The notes below the pieces were generated by a model, which ran no database searches, was not told the origin of the DNA, and worked only from the letters and a program-made list of their open reading frames with translations. The position numbers and the translations under genes were made by a program. DNA of 42,992 nt from an uncultured Xylanimonas sp. (GTDB taxonomy: Bacteria > Actinomycetota > Actinomycetes > Actinomycetales > Cellulomonadaceae). Location: NCBI GenBank assembly GCA_966249365.1, contig CBINDH010000001.1:1-42992 (forward strand). The letters are read 5' to 3'. Below are positions 20,181 to 29,117 of the stretch, in pieces. The first letter of the stretch is position 1. Every line of letters begins with the position of its first letter.

Positions 20181-21041
20181 ATGCCGTCATCGCCGAACCC
20201 GGCCCCAGCCGCACCCCGGGGCGCCGCAGCCGCGGCCCGGCGGGCCGGCGGCGTGCTGGACGTCGTCGCGGTCCTCGCGGCCATCCCCGGATGGTTCGTG
20301 ATGCTGCCCGTCACGACCGTCGCGAAGGCCCGGGCGACCCGGGCGCGGCGCAAGGCCGCGTCATGGGTCCGCAAGGGGTTCGTCACCGCGACGACCGTCT
20401 TCGCCCTGCTCACCCCGCTGTGGGTCACGGCCGCCTTCCAGTCGACCGACGTCGTCGTCGTCGGGGCGACGCTGACCGCCCTGTGGCTCGCGCCGTTCGT
20501 CGCGTGCATGGTCGCGCTCTGGCGCGCCCGGCGGGAGGCTCGCGTCCGCCCCGTCAAGGTCGGGCGCAGCGACGTCGACAGGTCCGACGCCGCGCGCCGC
20601 GTCGAGAAGGCCCTCGGCCGCCTCGCCGCGCTCGCGCCGACCTACGACGGCTACCGGTTCGGTGGCGAGCCCGTCGCCGACCGCATCAACGCCGTCGTCG
20701 CCGAGATGAACGAGCTGATCCGCCGCCTCGAGGCGAAGGGCACCCCGCAGCAGCTCCGCCTGGCCACGTCCCAGTACGCCGACACGCTCGACAAGCTCGT
20801 CCTGTGCGTCTCGCCCGACTACCTCAAGGACGTCATCGACCACCCGCGCCTGTGGCACCAGCCCGACGAACGCGTCGCCGAGGTCCGCCAGGCGCTCGAC
20901 GCGGTCTCCGGGCAGATCGTCGACAACATCCGCCAGGTCAACGCCCGCGCCGACCTCGACTTCCAGGTCGCGCTGACCCAGCTCACCGCGATCACCGACG
21001 ACTCCGAGTTCGCCCGCCTCTACGAAGGGAACTCCCGATGA
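20181..21041 (+). CDS. Membrane protein with helical C-terminus, XpaC-like partner of TelA
   Basis: AGGAGG SD, 2-3 TM segments then an amphipathic helical domain; ATGA overlap with the TelA-like gene. Confidence 0.65.
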   Translation: MPSSPNPAPAAPRGAAAAARRAGGVLDVVAVLAAIPGWFVMLPVTTVAKARATRARRKAASWVRKGFVTATTVFALLTPLWVTAAFQSTDVVVVGATLTALWLAPFVACMVALWRARREARVRPVKVGRSDVDRSDAARRVEKALGRLAALAPTYDGYRFGGEPVADRINAVVAEMNELIRRLEAKGTPQQLRLATSQYADTLDKLVLCVSPDYLKDVIDHPRLWHQPDERVAEVRQALDAVSGQIVDNIRQVNARADLDFQVALTQLTAITDDSEFARLYEGNSR

Positions 21042-22378
21042 CGTCCGAGCCCGAGCCGACGGTCGACGTCGACTTCGCCGCGCTCCTGGACGGCGCCGAC
21101 GCCACCGCCGAGCCGGCCACGCCCCTCGAGACGGCGGTCGACGCCGCCGTCGGGGGTGGTGGACCGTCGGCCGTGGGGCGGTTCCAGTTCCGGTCCCTGC
21201 TCACCGACGAGCAGCTCGCCTCGTTGCGGGCCGGCGCGCCGGCGCTCGCGGCGAAGATGGTCGACGACCTCAACACCGTCATCACTTTCGGCGGCCCCGT
21301 GATGCGGCGGCTCAACGACGCATCGACCCAGCTCCTCGACGCGCAGCGCGACATCGAGGTCCCCGAGGCGGAGCAGATCGTCAACGACCTGCTGCGCGAG
21401 CTCGACGGCTTCGAGAAGAAGTACCGCAACGTCAGGCTCGAGGAGCTCGCGGGCAAGGTCCGCCGGTTCTTCCGCAGCGGGCGCTACACGTTCACGACGA
21501 TGGTGCGCGAGTCGAAGCCGATCGCCGAGAAGCTCGACATGGCCGAGGTCAAGATCCTCGAGATGGAGACGCGGCTCGGCGAGAACGTCACGCGCGGCCA
21601 GCTCCTGCACAAGCAGTCGCTCGAGCATGCGCACTCGGTCGTCGGGGTGCTCGCCGCGCTCGAGGAGGTCACCGACCTCGTCCGTGCCGACGTCGACGCC
21701 GCGACGAAGCAGCTGGACGCCGCCCGCGCGTCGGGGGCCGGATCGGTCGAGTGGAAGGGCCAGACCCTCTCGACCGACGCGCTGGGGGAGATCCACGCGA
21801 ACCTCGCGACGGCCCTCTCCGAGGTCGAGAAGGCCTGGCACGACTGGCGCCAGCAGTTCTTCATGGGCTTTGCGAACGCGCCCAGCACGCGCAACCTCGT
21901 CATGACGCAGTTCTCGCTGCGCCGCCGCCTCGCGACGTTCCGGACGATGGGTATCCCGCAGGCCCGCCAGTCGCTCGCGATGTGGCAGCAGGCGGCGCTC
22001 GCGCGCGAGGGCGCGGAGCTCGGCGAGGCCGTCCAGGCCGGGGTGAACAAGATCGTCCAGCAGTCGTTCGGGGCGACCGCCGACGCCGTCGGCCGGGTCG
22101 CGGACGCCGCTCAGGCGCCCGTCATCACCGACGAGACCGTGTGGTCGGTCGTCGACTCGGTGCGCGAGCAGTGCCGGGCGATCGTCGCCGCGGACACCGC
22201 GGGCCGCGCGCTGCGGGCGCGCAACCTGCAGGCGCTCGAGGCCGGTGAGGTCACCATCAGGGACGAGTTCGCCGCCGCCCAGAACCAGCTCGCGCGCAAC
22301 GCGCTCGGGGGCCGGGCGGAGCAGCCCGACGAGCCGTCGACGGGCACGGCGGACGACTTCCTCGACCCCCTGCGCTGA
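21038..22378 (+). CDS. Toxic anion resistance protein (TelA/YaaN family)
   Basis: Long helical protein; VITFG...SxQLL, KLD..E..I and IP.....LA patterns resemble TelA; start MTSEPEP at 21038. Confidence 0.7.
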   Translation: MTSEPEPTVDVDFAALLDGADATAEPATPLETAVDAAVGGGGPSAVGRFQFRSLLTDEQLASLRAGAPALAAKMVDDLNTVITFGGPVMRRLNDASTQLLDAQRDIEVPEAEQIVNDLLRELDGFEKKYRNVRLEELAGKVRRFFRSGRYTFTTMVRESKPIAEKLDMAEVKILEMETRLGENVTRGQLLHKQSLEHAHSVVGVLAALEEVTDLVRADVDAATKQLDAARASGAGSVEWKGQTLSTDALGEIHANLATALSEVEKAWHDWRQQFFMGFANAPSTRNLVMTQFSLRRRLATFRTMGIPQARQSLAMWQQAALAREGAELGEAVQAGVNKIVQQSFGATADAVGRVADAAQAPVITDETVWSVVDSVREQCRAIVAADTAGRALRARNLQALEAGEVTIRDEFAAAQNQLARNALGGRAEQPDEPSTGTADDFLDPLR

Positions 22379-22452
22379 CGGCGGGGCGCCGACCTGGCGC
22401 ACTCGTGGTGTGGCCGCGTCCCGTGGGCCGCGGCAGTGCGTAGGTTGTGTCC

Positions 22453-23025
22453 ATGCGCGTCCTCGGAGTCGACCCCGGCCTGACCCGGTGCGGCGTCGGC
22501 GTGGTCGACTCCCTGCCGGGCCGCCGCGCGCGGCTCGTCGCGGTCGGTGTCATCCGCTCCGACCCCGCGCAGACCGTCGACCTGCGGCTGCTCACGCTGG
22601 CGCGCGAGCTCGACACGTGGCTCGACGAGCACGTGCCCGACGTCGTCGCCGTCGAGCGGGTCTTCGCACAGCACAACGTCGGCACCGTCATGGGCACGGC
22701 GCAGGTCGCGGGCCTGGCGATGGTCGCCGCGGCCCGCCGGAACGTCCCCGTGGCCCTGCACACGCCGTCGGAGGTCAAGGCCGCGGTGACGGGCTCCGGC
22801 CGCGCCGGCAAGGAGCAGGTCCAGCGCATGGTGCGCAGCCTGCTCGGGCTCGCCGAGAACCCTCAGCCGGCCGACGCGGCCGACGCCCTGGCCCTCGCCA
22901 TCACCCACCTGTGGCGTCCCGCGGGCGCCCTCCAGGGCGGGGAGCGCCACGAGCTCACGCCCGCGCAGCGCGCCTGGGCGGCGGCCGAGCAGGCCGCGCG
23001 ACGGGCTCCGCGCGCGCGTCGCTGA
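22453..23025 (+). CDS. ruvC: Holliday junction resolvase
   Basis: [28 protein letters not shown]. Confidence 0.97.
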   Translation: MRVLGVDPGLTRCGVGVVDSLPGRRARLVAVGVIRSDPAQTVDLRLLTLARELDTWLDEHVPDVVAVERVFAQHNVGTVMGTAQVAGLAMVAAARRNVPVALHTPSEVKAAVTGSGRAGKEQVQRMVRSLLGLAENPQPADAADALALAITHLWRPAGALQGGERHELTPAQRAWAAAEQAARRAPRARR

Positions 23026-23047
23026 CGGGCATGACGGTGACCGCGGC

Positions 23048-23074
23048 TAGGCTGCGGATCGCACGGATGTTCGA
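23048..23074 (+). promoter_or_regulatory. Promoter with LexA (SOS) box upstream of ruvA
   Basis: TAGGCT -10 at 23048-23053, then TCGCAC-GGAT-GTTCGA (23059-23074), one mismatch from TCGAAC-N4-GTTCGA. Confidence 0.75.
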
Positions 23075-23094
23075 CCTTTGCGAAAGGACCCTGA

Positions 23095-23709
23095 GTGATC
23101 GCCTCGCTGACCGGGACCGTGGAGCACGTCACCCTCGACCGGGCGGTGATCAACGTGGGCGGGGTCGGCTACCTCGTCCACGCGACCCCCGCGACGCTCG
23201 CGCGGCTGCGCGTCGGCGAGGCGCACATTCTCTACACCACGATGGTGGTCCGCGAGGACTCGATGACCCTGTTCGGGTTCGCCGACGACGACGAGCGGGC
23301 GGTGTTCGAGACGGCGCAGTCGGTCTCGGGCGTCGGCCCTCGCATCGCGCTGGCCGTGCTCGCCGTGCACACGCCCGACGCCGTCCGCCGGGCGGTCCAC
23401 ACTCAGGACGTCAAGGCGCTCACGCGCGTCCCGGGCATCGGCCCGAAGGTCGCCCAGCGCATCCTGCTCGAGCTCGGGGGCAAGCTCGCGGCCCCGGTCG
23501 ACGGCGGCTCGGCAGCCGCTGCCGCGGCCCCCGGCGACCAGCGCGACAAGGTGGTCGAGGCGCTCGTGGGCCTCGGCTACCCGGTCAAGGTCGCCGACGA
23601 CGCCGTCGGCCGCGTCCTGAAGGAGGCGGGGACGGAGACGGTCGCGGAGGCCGACGTCGCGGCGACGCTGCGCGCGACGCTGCGGATGATGGGCGGTCGC
23701 CGTGGCTGA
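23095..23709 (+). CDS. ruvA: Holliday junction branch migration protein A
   Basis: MIASLTG, GGVGY, VRED..LFGF, VSGVGP and VPGIGPK HhH motifs, ALVGLGY. Confidence 0.97.
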   Translation: MIASLTGTVEHVTLDRAVINVGGVGYLVHATPATLARLRVGEAHILYTTMVVREDSMTLFGFADDDERAVFETAQSVSGVGPRIALAVLAVHTPDAVRRAVHTQDVKALTRVPGIGPKVAQRILLELGGKLAAPVDGGSAAAAAAPGDQRDKVVEALVGLGYPVKVADDAVGRVLKEAGTETVAEADVAATLRATLRMMGGRRG

Positions 23710-24805
23710 CGGGCGCTACGAGGAGCCGCAGTTCACGAGCGAGCGGATCGTGACGACGTCCGCCGACGACGTCGAGCGCGCAGCCGAGGCGGCGCTGCGC
23801 CCCAAGCGGCTCGAGGAGTTCGTGGGCCAGCCGGTCGTGCGCGACCAGCTCTCGCTCGTGCTCCAGGCGGCCCTGGCCCGCGGCGCGGCACCCGACCACG
23901 TGCTGCTGTCCGGGCCGCCCGGCCTCGGCAAGACGACGCTCGCGATGATCATCGCCGCGGAGCTGGGCACGTCGCTGCGCGTGACGTCCGGCCCCGCGAT
24001 CCAGCACGCGGGCGACCTGGCGGCCGTGCTCTCCTCCCTCGAGGAGGGCGAGGTACTGTTCATCGACGAGATCCACCGGCTCGCCCGCCCGGCCGAGGAG
24101 CTGCTGTACGTGGCGATGGAGGACTTCCGGGTCGACGTCGTCGTCGGCAAGGGGGCGGGCGCGTCCGCGATCCCGCTCGCCCTGCCGCCGTTCACCGTCG
24201 TCGGCGCGACCACGCGCTCGGGGCTGCTGCCCGCCCCGCTGCGGGACCGCTTCGGGTTCACCGGGCACCTCGACTTCTACGACGCGGCAGACCTCGAGCG
24301 GGTCATCCTGCGGTCCGCCGGGCTGCTCGGCGTCGAGATCGAGCACCGCGCGGCGCACGAGATCGCCGGGCGCTCGCGCGGCACGCCCCGCATCGCGAAC
24401 CGCCTGCTGCGACGCGTGCGCGACTGGGCGCAGGTGCGCGGCGACGGCACGCTGGACATGGCCGCGGCGCGTGCCGCGCTGGAGGTCTACGAGGTCGACC
24501 CGGTGGGCCTCGACCGCCTCGACCGCGCCGTGCTGGACGCCCTGTGCCGGCGGTTCGGCGGCGGGCCCGTGGGCCTGTCGACGCTCGCGATGACCGTGGG
24601 GGAGGAGCCCGACACGGTCGAGACGGTCGCGGAGCCCTACCTGGTCCGCGAGGGCTTCGTCGCGCGGACGCCGCGGGGCCGCGTCGCCACACCGCTCGCC
24701 TGGGAGCACCTGGGGCTGGCCGCGCCCGTGGGTGCGTTCGGGACCACGGCGGGGACCTTGTTCGACACCGGCGACGACGACACCGGGAACCTCGGGGCTT
24801 CCTGA
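23702..24805 (+). CDS. ruvB: Holliday junction branch migration helicase B
   Basis: [42 protein letters not shown]. Confidence 0.98.
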   Translation: MADGRYEEPQFTSERIVTTSADDVERAAEAALRPKRLEEFVGQPVVRDQLSLVLQAALARGAAPDHVLLSGPPGLGKTTLAMIIAAELGTSLRVTSGPAIQHAGDLAAVLSSLEEGEVLFIDEIHRLARPAEELLYVAMEDFRVDVVVGKGAGASAIPLALPPFTVVGATTRSGLLPAPLRDRFGFTGHLDFYDAADLERVILRSAGLLGVEIEHRAAHEIAGRSRGTPRIANRLLRRVRDWAQVRGDGTLDMAAARAALEVYEVDPVGLDRLDRAVLDALCRRFGGGPVGLSTLAMTVGEEPDTVETVAEPYLVREGFVARTPRGRVATPLAWEHLGLAAPVGAFGTTAGTLFDTGDDDTGNLGAS

Positions 24806-24827
24806 GGCGTTGGGCGCAGCGAATAGA

Positions 24828-24860
24828 CTGGTCGGCGTCGCATGCCTGCGGGCTGACCAG
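24828..24860 (+). terminator. Hairpin between ruvB and yajC, overlapping a TAGACT -10 box
   Basis: CTGGTCGGC...GCTGACCAG stem with an inner CGCA/TGCG stem. Confidence 0.4.
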
Positions 24861-24891
24861 CGATGCACCCTCTACCTAGGACGTTGTCACT

Positions 24892-25287
24892 GTGGAACTC
24901 ATCTTCCTGATCGTCGCCATGCTCGGCCTGATGTTCTGGATGTCGTCGCGCCAGCGCAAGCAGCAGAAGGCCCAGCAGGAGTTTCGTAACCAGCTGGTGC
25001 CCGGCCAGGAGGTCATGACGGCCTCGGGCCTCTTCGGCACCATCGTCGAGATCGACGAGGCCGCCGACCGGATCGTCCTCGACTCTGCCGGGTCGCGCTC
25101 CGTGTGGCTGCGCGCCGCGATCGCCAAGCGCGTGGACGCCCCGGCAGGCGACCCGGTCACCGAGGAGTCGGCCGAGGCGGGTACGATCGCGCCCGCAGAC
25201 TCCATCGACGTCCCCGATGACATCTCCGGTCTCGACACCGCGCAGCGCGAGTACCGCGAGCAGCAGAAGGACGACGAGGGCAAGTGA
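24892..25287 (+). CDS. yajC: Preprotein translocase subunit YajC
   Basis: N-terminal TM, RQRKQQK, PGQEVMTASGLFGTIV; precedes secDF. Confidence 0.93.
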   Translation: MELIFLIVAMLGLMFWMSSRQRKQQKAQQEFRNQLVPGQEVMTASGLFGTIVEIDEAADRIVLDSAGSRSVWLRAAIAKRVDAPAGDPVTEESAEAGTIAPADSIDVPDDISGLDTAQREYREQQKDDEGK

Positions 25288-25367
25288 CGTCCGCGCCGGC
25301 CGGGATCCCCCGGCCGGCGCAACTCACGCCCGCCACCCGGCGGCGTGCACACAGAGAGACAGAGAAG

Positions 25368-27389
25368 TTGGCCAACTCCAGCACGCGACGATCGCGGCCG
25401 GTACGCACCCTCGTCGTCTTCGCGATCCTGACGATGCTGCTGCCGTTCGCGGGCCTCGTCGCCGGTACGTTCCTCGACGGACGTAGCACTGACAACCCCG
25501 ACGGTGCGAGCCTCGCGCCGGGCCTCGCGCTCGACCTCGAGGGCGGCACGCAGATCATCCTGAAGCCGACGACGACCGACGGCTCCCAGATCACCGAGGC
25601 GACGGTGACCGAGGCCATCAACGTGATCCGCCAGCGCATCGACGCGAACGGCGTGACCGAGGCCGAGATCACCAGCCAGGGCGGCCAGAACATCGTGGTC
25701 GGCATCCCCGGCAAGCCCGACGAGGCCACCATCGCCCTCGTCAGCCAGTCGGCGCAGATGCGGTTCCGCCCGGTCCTGTCCTACTCGTACGGCTTCCCGC
25801 TGCCCGAGGAGTCGCCGTCGCCGAGCGCCGCGCCCAGCGACGAGCCTACCGACGCCCCGGCGGACGACGCGAGCGAGGCCCCGGCGGACGACGCGAGCGA
25901 CGCCCCGGCCCAGAGCGCCCCCGCCGACGCGGCCGTCAGCCCCGCCGGCCGCTCCGCCGGTGCGGCCGTGACGCTGCCCGCCGACACCGCGGACCCCAGC
26001 CCGTCGGCCACGCCGACCGAGGCGGAGACGCCTGCGGACGCGTCGAACCCGAGCGACCTCGCGCAGATCACGCCCGAGATCCAGCAGCAGTTCGACGACC
26101 TCGACTGCACCGCGGAAGGCGCCCTCGTCGGTCGCGGCGGGGACGCCGCGGACGAGCCGCTGGTCGCGTGCTCGCAGGACGGCCTCTACAAGTACATCCT
26201 CGGCCCGGTCGAGGTGGAGGGCACGAACATCCGCCAGGCGACGTCGGGCCTCGTCCCGGGGGCGAACGGCACCTACACCAACGAGTGGGGCGTCAACCTG
26301 ACGCTCGACTCGGAGGGTGCCAAGACGTTCGCCGAGACGTCGGAGCGGCTCTTCAACTTCGGTCAGGGCAGCGCGCAGAACCAGTTCGCGATCGTGCTCG
26401 ACGGGCTCGTGGTCCAGGCCGCGGGCGTCAACGAGCCGATCCGCGACGGCCGCGCGATGATCTCCGGCTCGTTCACCCGCGAGTCGGCCGCGACGCTGGC
26501 CAACCAGCTCAGCTTCGGCGCCCTGCCGATCCAGTTCGAGGTGCAGAGCCAGCACGAGATCTCCGCGACGCTCGGCTCCGAGCAGCTCCAGAAGGGCCTC
26601 ATGGCCGGCCTCATCGGTCTGGTGCTCGTGGTCGTCTACTCGCTGTTCCAGTACCGGACCCTCGGTCTGCTGACGGTCGCCTCGCTGGTCGTGGCGGGCA
26701 TCATCACCTACGTCTCGATCGCGCTGCTGAGCTGGGGTATGGGCTACCGCCTGTCGCTGCCCGGCGTGGCGGGTCTGATCGTGGCCATCGGCTTCACGGC
26801 GGACTCGTTCATCGTGTACTTCGAGCGCATCCGTGACGAGCTCCGCAACGGCCGCAGCCTGCCGTTCGCGGTCCAGCATGGCTGGGAGCGCGCACGTCGC
26901 ACGATCTACGCGGCCAAGGCGGTCAACCTCATCTCCGCGATCATCCTGTACTTCCTCGCCGTCGGCGGCGTGCAGGGCTTCGCGTTCACGCTCGGTCTGA
27001 CGACGGTCATCGACGTCATGGTCGTGGTCTGGTTCACGCACCCGGTCATGGAGCTGCTCGCCAAGGTGCCGTTCTTCCGGGACGGTCACATCGCCTCGGG
27101 CCTCAACCGCGGGCGCCTCGCGCTGTCCGCCGCCAAGCCGCGGTACGTGGGCGCCGGCCGGGTGGCCGCTCCCGCGACGATCGCCGAGGAGGCCGCCGCC
27201 GAGGTGGCGTCCGAGGTGGACGCCGAGCCTGCGGACGCCGAGTCGGAGGCCGCGCTCGTCGGGGCCGCCGAGCGTGCCCCGCTGCCCGCCCCGGCGACCG
27301 ACGAGTCCGGACGCCGGCTGACCATCGCCGAGCGCAGAGCTGCGGAGCGCAAGGCCGCCGCCAGCACCCAGAACGAGGAGGGCCGCTGA
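25368..27389 (+). CDS. secD: Protein translocase subunit SecD
   Basis: LALDLEGG, RIDANGVTE, FAIVLDG, ISATLG, ADSFIVYFERIRDE; TTG start at 25368 is inferred. Confidence 0.95.
   Translation: MANSSTRRSRPVRTLVVFAILTMLLPFAGLVAGTFLDGRSTDNPDGASLAPGLALDLEGGTQIILKPTTTDGSQITEATVTEAINVIRQRIDANGVTEAEITSQGGQNIVVGIPGKPDEATIALVSQSAQMRFRPVLSYSYGFPLPEESPSPSAAPSDEPTDAPADDASEAPADDASDAPAQSAPADAAVSPAGRSAGAAVTLPADTADPSPSATPTEAETPADASNPSDLAQITPEIQQQFDDLDCTAEGALVGRGGDAADEPLVACSQDGLYKYILGPVEVEGTNIRQATSGLVPGANGTYTNEWGVNLTLDSEGAKTFAETSERLFNFGQGSAQNQFAIVLDGLVVQAAGVNEPIRDGRAMISGSFTRESAATLANQLSFGALPIQFEVQSQHEISATLGSEQLQKGLMAGLIGLVLVVVYSLFQYRTLGLLTVASLVVAGIITYVSIALLSWGMGYRLSLPGVAGLIVAIGFTADSFIVYFERIRDELRNGRSLPFAVQHGWERARRTIYAAKAVNLISAIILYFLAVGGVQGFAFTLGLTTVIDVMVVVWFTHPVMELLAKVPFFRDGHIASGLNRGRLALSAAKPRYVGAGRVAAPATIAEEAAAEVASEVDAEPADAESEAALVGAAERAPLPAPATDESGRRLTIAERRAAERKAAASTQNEEGR
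25851..25910 (+). repeat. 24-nt tandem repeat (2.5 copies) in the SecD extracytoplasmic linker
   Basis: GA(C/G)GCCCCGGCGGACGACGCGAGC units encoding DAPADDAS-EAPADDAS-DAPA. Confidence 0.85.
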
Positions 27390-27390
27390 C

Positions 27391-28479
27391 ATGGCCGGCT
27401 TCAGCTTTGCCGCATGGGGCAACGACCTCTACTCGGGTCGCCGCTCCTACCCGATCGTCGGTCAGCGCAAGCGGTGGTTCGCCGTCGCCGGCGTGCTGGC
27501 GATCGCGTCCCTCGCGCTGCTGTTCTTCAAGCCGCTCGAGCTGGGCATCGACTTCCGTGGTGGCACGGAGATCTCGGTCGAGAACGTCTCGACGACGGCG
27601 CAGGGTCCCGCCAACGACGCCGTGCAGGCCGTCGTCCCCGGCGAGGAGCCCCGCGTGGCGTCGCTCGGCACCAACGCGCTGCGCATCCAGACCTCGGCGC
27701 TGGACGACGAGCAGGTCGCCGCGATCGCCGACCGCCTGGCCGAGGCGTACGGGATCGACCCGGAGACCGACCTGTCGGTCTCGACCATCGGCCCGACCTG
27801 GGGCAAGGGCGTCTCGACGCGTGCCCTGTGGGGTGTCATCGTCTTCGTCCTGGCGGCGGCCGCGTTCATGGCGGTCTACTTCCGGGCCTGGCGCATGTCG
27901 GTCGCGGCCATCGTCTCGATGCTCTTCGACCTGCTCGTCTCGGCCGGCGTGTACGCGCTCATCGGCTGGGAGGTCACGCCGTCGACGATCATCGGCTTCC
28001 TGACCATCCTGGGCTTCTCGCTCTACGACAAGATGGTCGTGTTCGACAAGGTCCGGGAGAACGCCGACGGCGTCCTGGACCAGAGCCGCACCACGTACGC
28101 CGAGCGCGCGAACCTCGCCGTCAACCAGACGCTGGTCCGCTCGATCAACACGTCGGTCGTGGCCCTGCTGCCCGTCGCCGGCATCCTCTTCGTGGGTGCG
28201 CTGCTGCTCGGTGCGGGCACGCTGCGCGACCTCGCGCTCTCGCTGTTCGTCGGTATCGCCGTCGGCGCCGCCTCCTCCCTGTTCCTCGCGACGCCGCTCG
28301 ACGTGGCCCTGCGTGAGCGCGAGCCGCGGATCAAGGCCCACACCGAGGCCGTCCTCGCCAAGCGCGCCGGCTCGGACGAGGTGCTCGACGACGGCCGGCT
28401 GGTCGTCTCGACCATCGCTGCCCAGCTCAAGCCGGGTCAGCACCTGGGCCAGGCGGCTCAGCCCCGGCGGAAGCGCTGA
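27391..28479 (+). CDS. secF: Protein translocase subunit SecF
   Basis: LGIDFRGG, IGPTWG, GFSLYD..VVFDKVREN, QTLVRSINTS. Confidence 0.96.
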   Translation: MAGFSFAAWGNDLYSGRRSYPIVGQRKRWFAVAGVLAIASLALLFFKPLELGIDFRGGTEISVENVSTTAQGPANDAVQAVVPGEEPRVASLGTNALRIQTSALDDEQVAAIADRLAEAYGIDPETDLSVSTIGPTWGKGVSTRALWGVIVFVLAAAAFMAVYFRAWRMSVAAIVSMLFDLLVSAGVYALIGWEVTPSTIIGFLTILGFSLYDKMVVFDKVRENADGVLDQSRTTYAERANLAVNQTLVRSINTSVVALLPVAGILFVGALLLGAGTLRDLALSLFVGIAVGAASSLFLATPLDVALREREPRIKAHTEAVLAKRAGSDEVLDDGRLVVSTIAAQLKPGQHLGQAAQPRRKR

Positions 28480-29084
28480 TGTCCGACGACATCTCCGTCG
28501 TCGCCCTGTCCGGTCTCGGGCCGGACAGGGCGGCGGAGATCCGCGCCCTGATCCGCGACGTGCCGGGGTACCCGCACGAACCGATCATCTTCCGCGACAT
28601 CACGCCGATGCTGGCCGACGGGGACGCGCTGCGCGACGTCGTCGAGGCGTTCGCCCGCCTCTGCGAGGGCGCCCCGGGCGGTCCGAGCGGGCACGCCGTG
28701 GACGTCGTCGCGGGCATGGAGGCGCGCGGGTTCCTGCTCGGCGCCCCGTTGGCGACCCGGCTCGGGGTCGGGTTCGTCCCGCTGCGCAAGGCGGGCAAGC
28801 TCCCGCCGCCCGTCGAGACGGTGTCCTACGACCTCGAGTACGGGTCCGCGGCCATCGAGCTGCGCACCGGGACTCTTCCCGCGGGTGCGCGCGTTCTCCT
28901 TGTCGACGACGTGCTGGCCACGGGCGGGACGGCAGCCGCGGCGGCCGAGCTCGTGGAGCGGTGCGGCGGCCGGGTGGTCGCCGCGGCGTTCCTGCTCGAG
29001 CTCGACGGCCTGGGCGGCCGGGAGCGTCTCGAGGGCAGGGTCGTCGAGACACTGTTGCGCGTGGACGAGCGGCCGTCGTCATAG
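28479..29084 (+). CDS. apt: Adenine phosphoribosyltransferase
   Basis: FRDITP, EARGF, RKAGKLP, YDLEYG, VDDVLATGGT. Confidence 0.96.
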   Translation: MSDDISVVALSGLGPDRAAEIRALIRDVPGYPHEPIIFRDITPMLADGDALRDVVEAFARLCEGAPGGPSGHAVDVVAGMEARGFLLGAPLATRLGVGFVPLRKAGKLPPPVETVSYDLEYGSAAIELRTGTLPAGARVLLVDDVLATGGTAAAAAELVERCGGRVVAAAFLLELDGLGGRERLEGRVVETLLRVDERPSS

Positions 29085-29117
29085 ACTGTCGCCTTCGCAC
29101 CGGGGAAGGAGGCGGCG

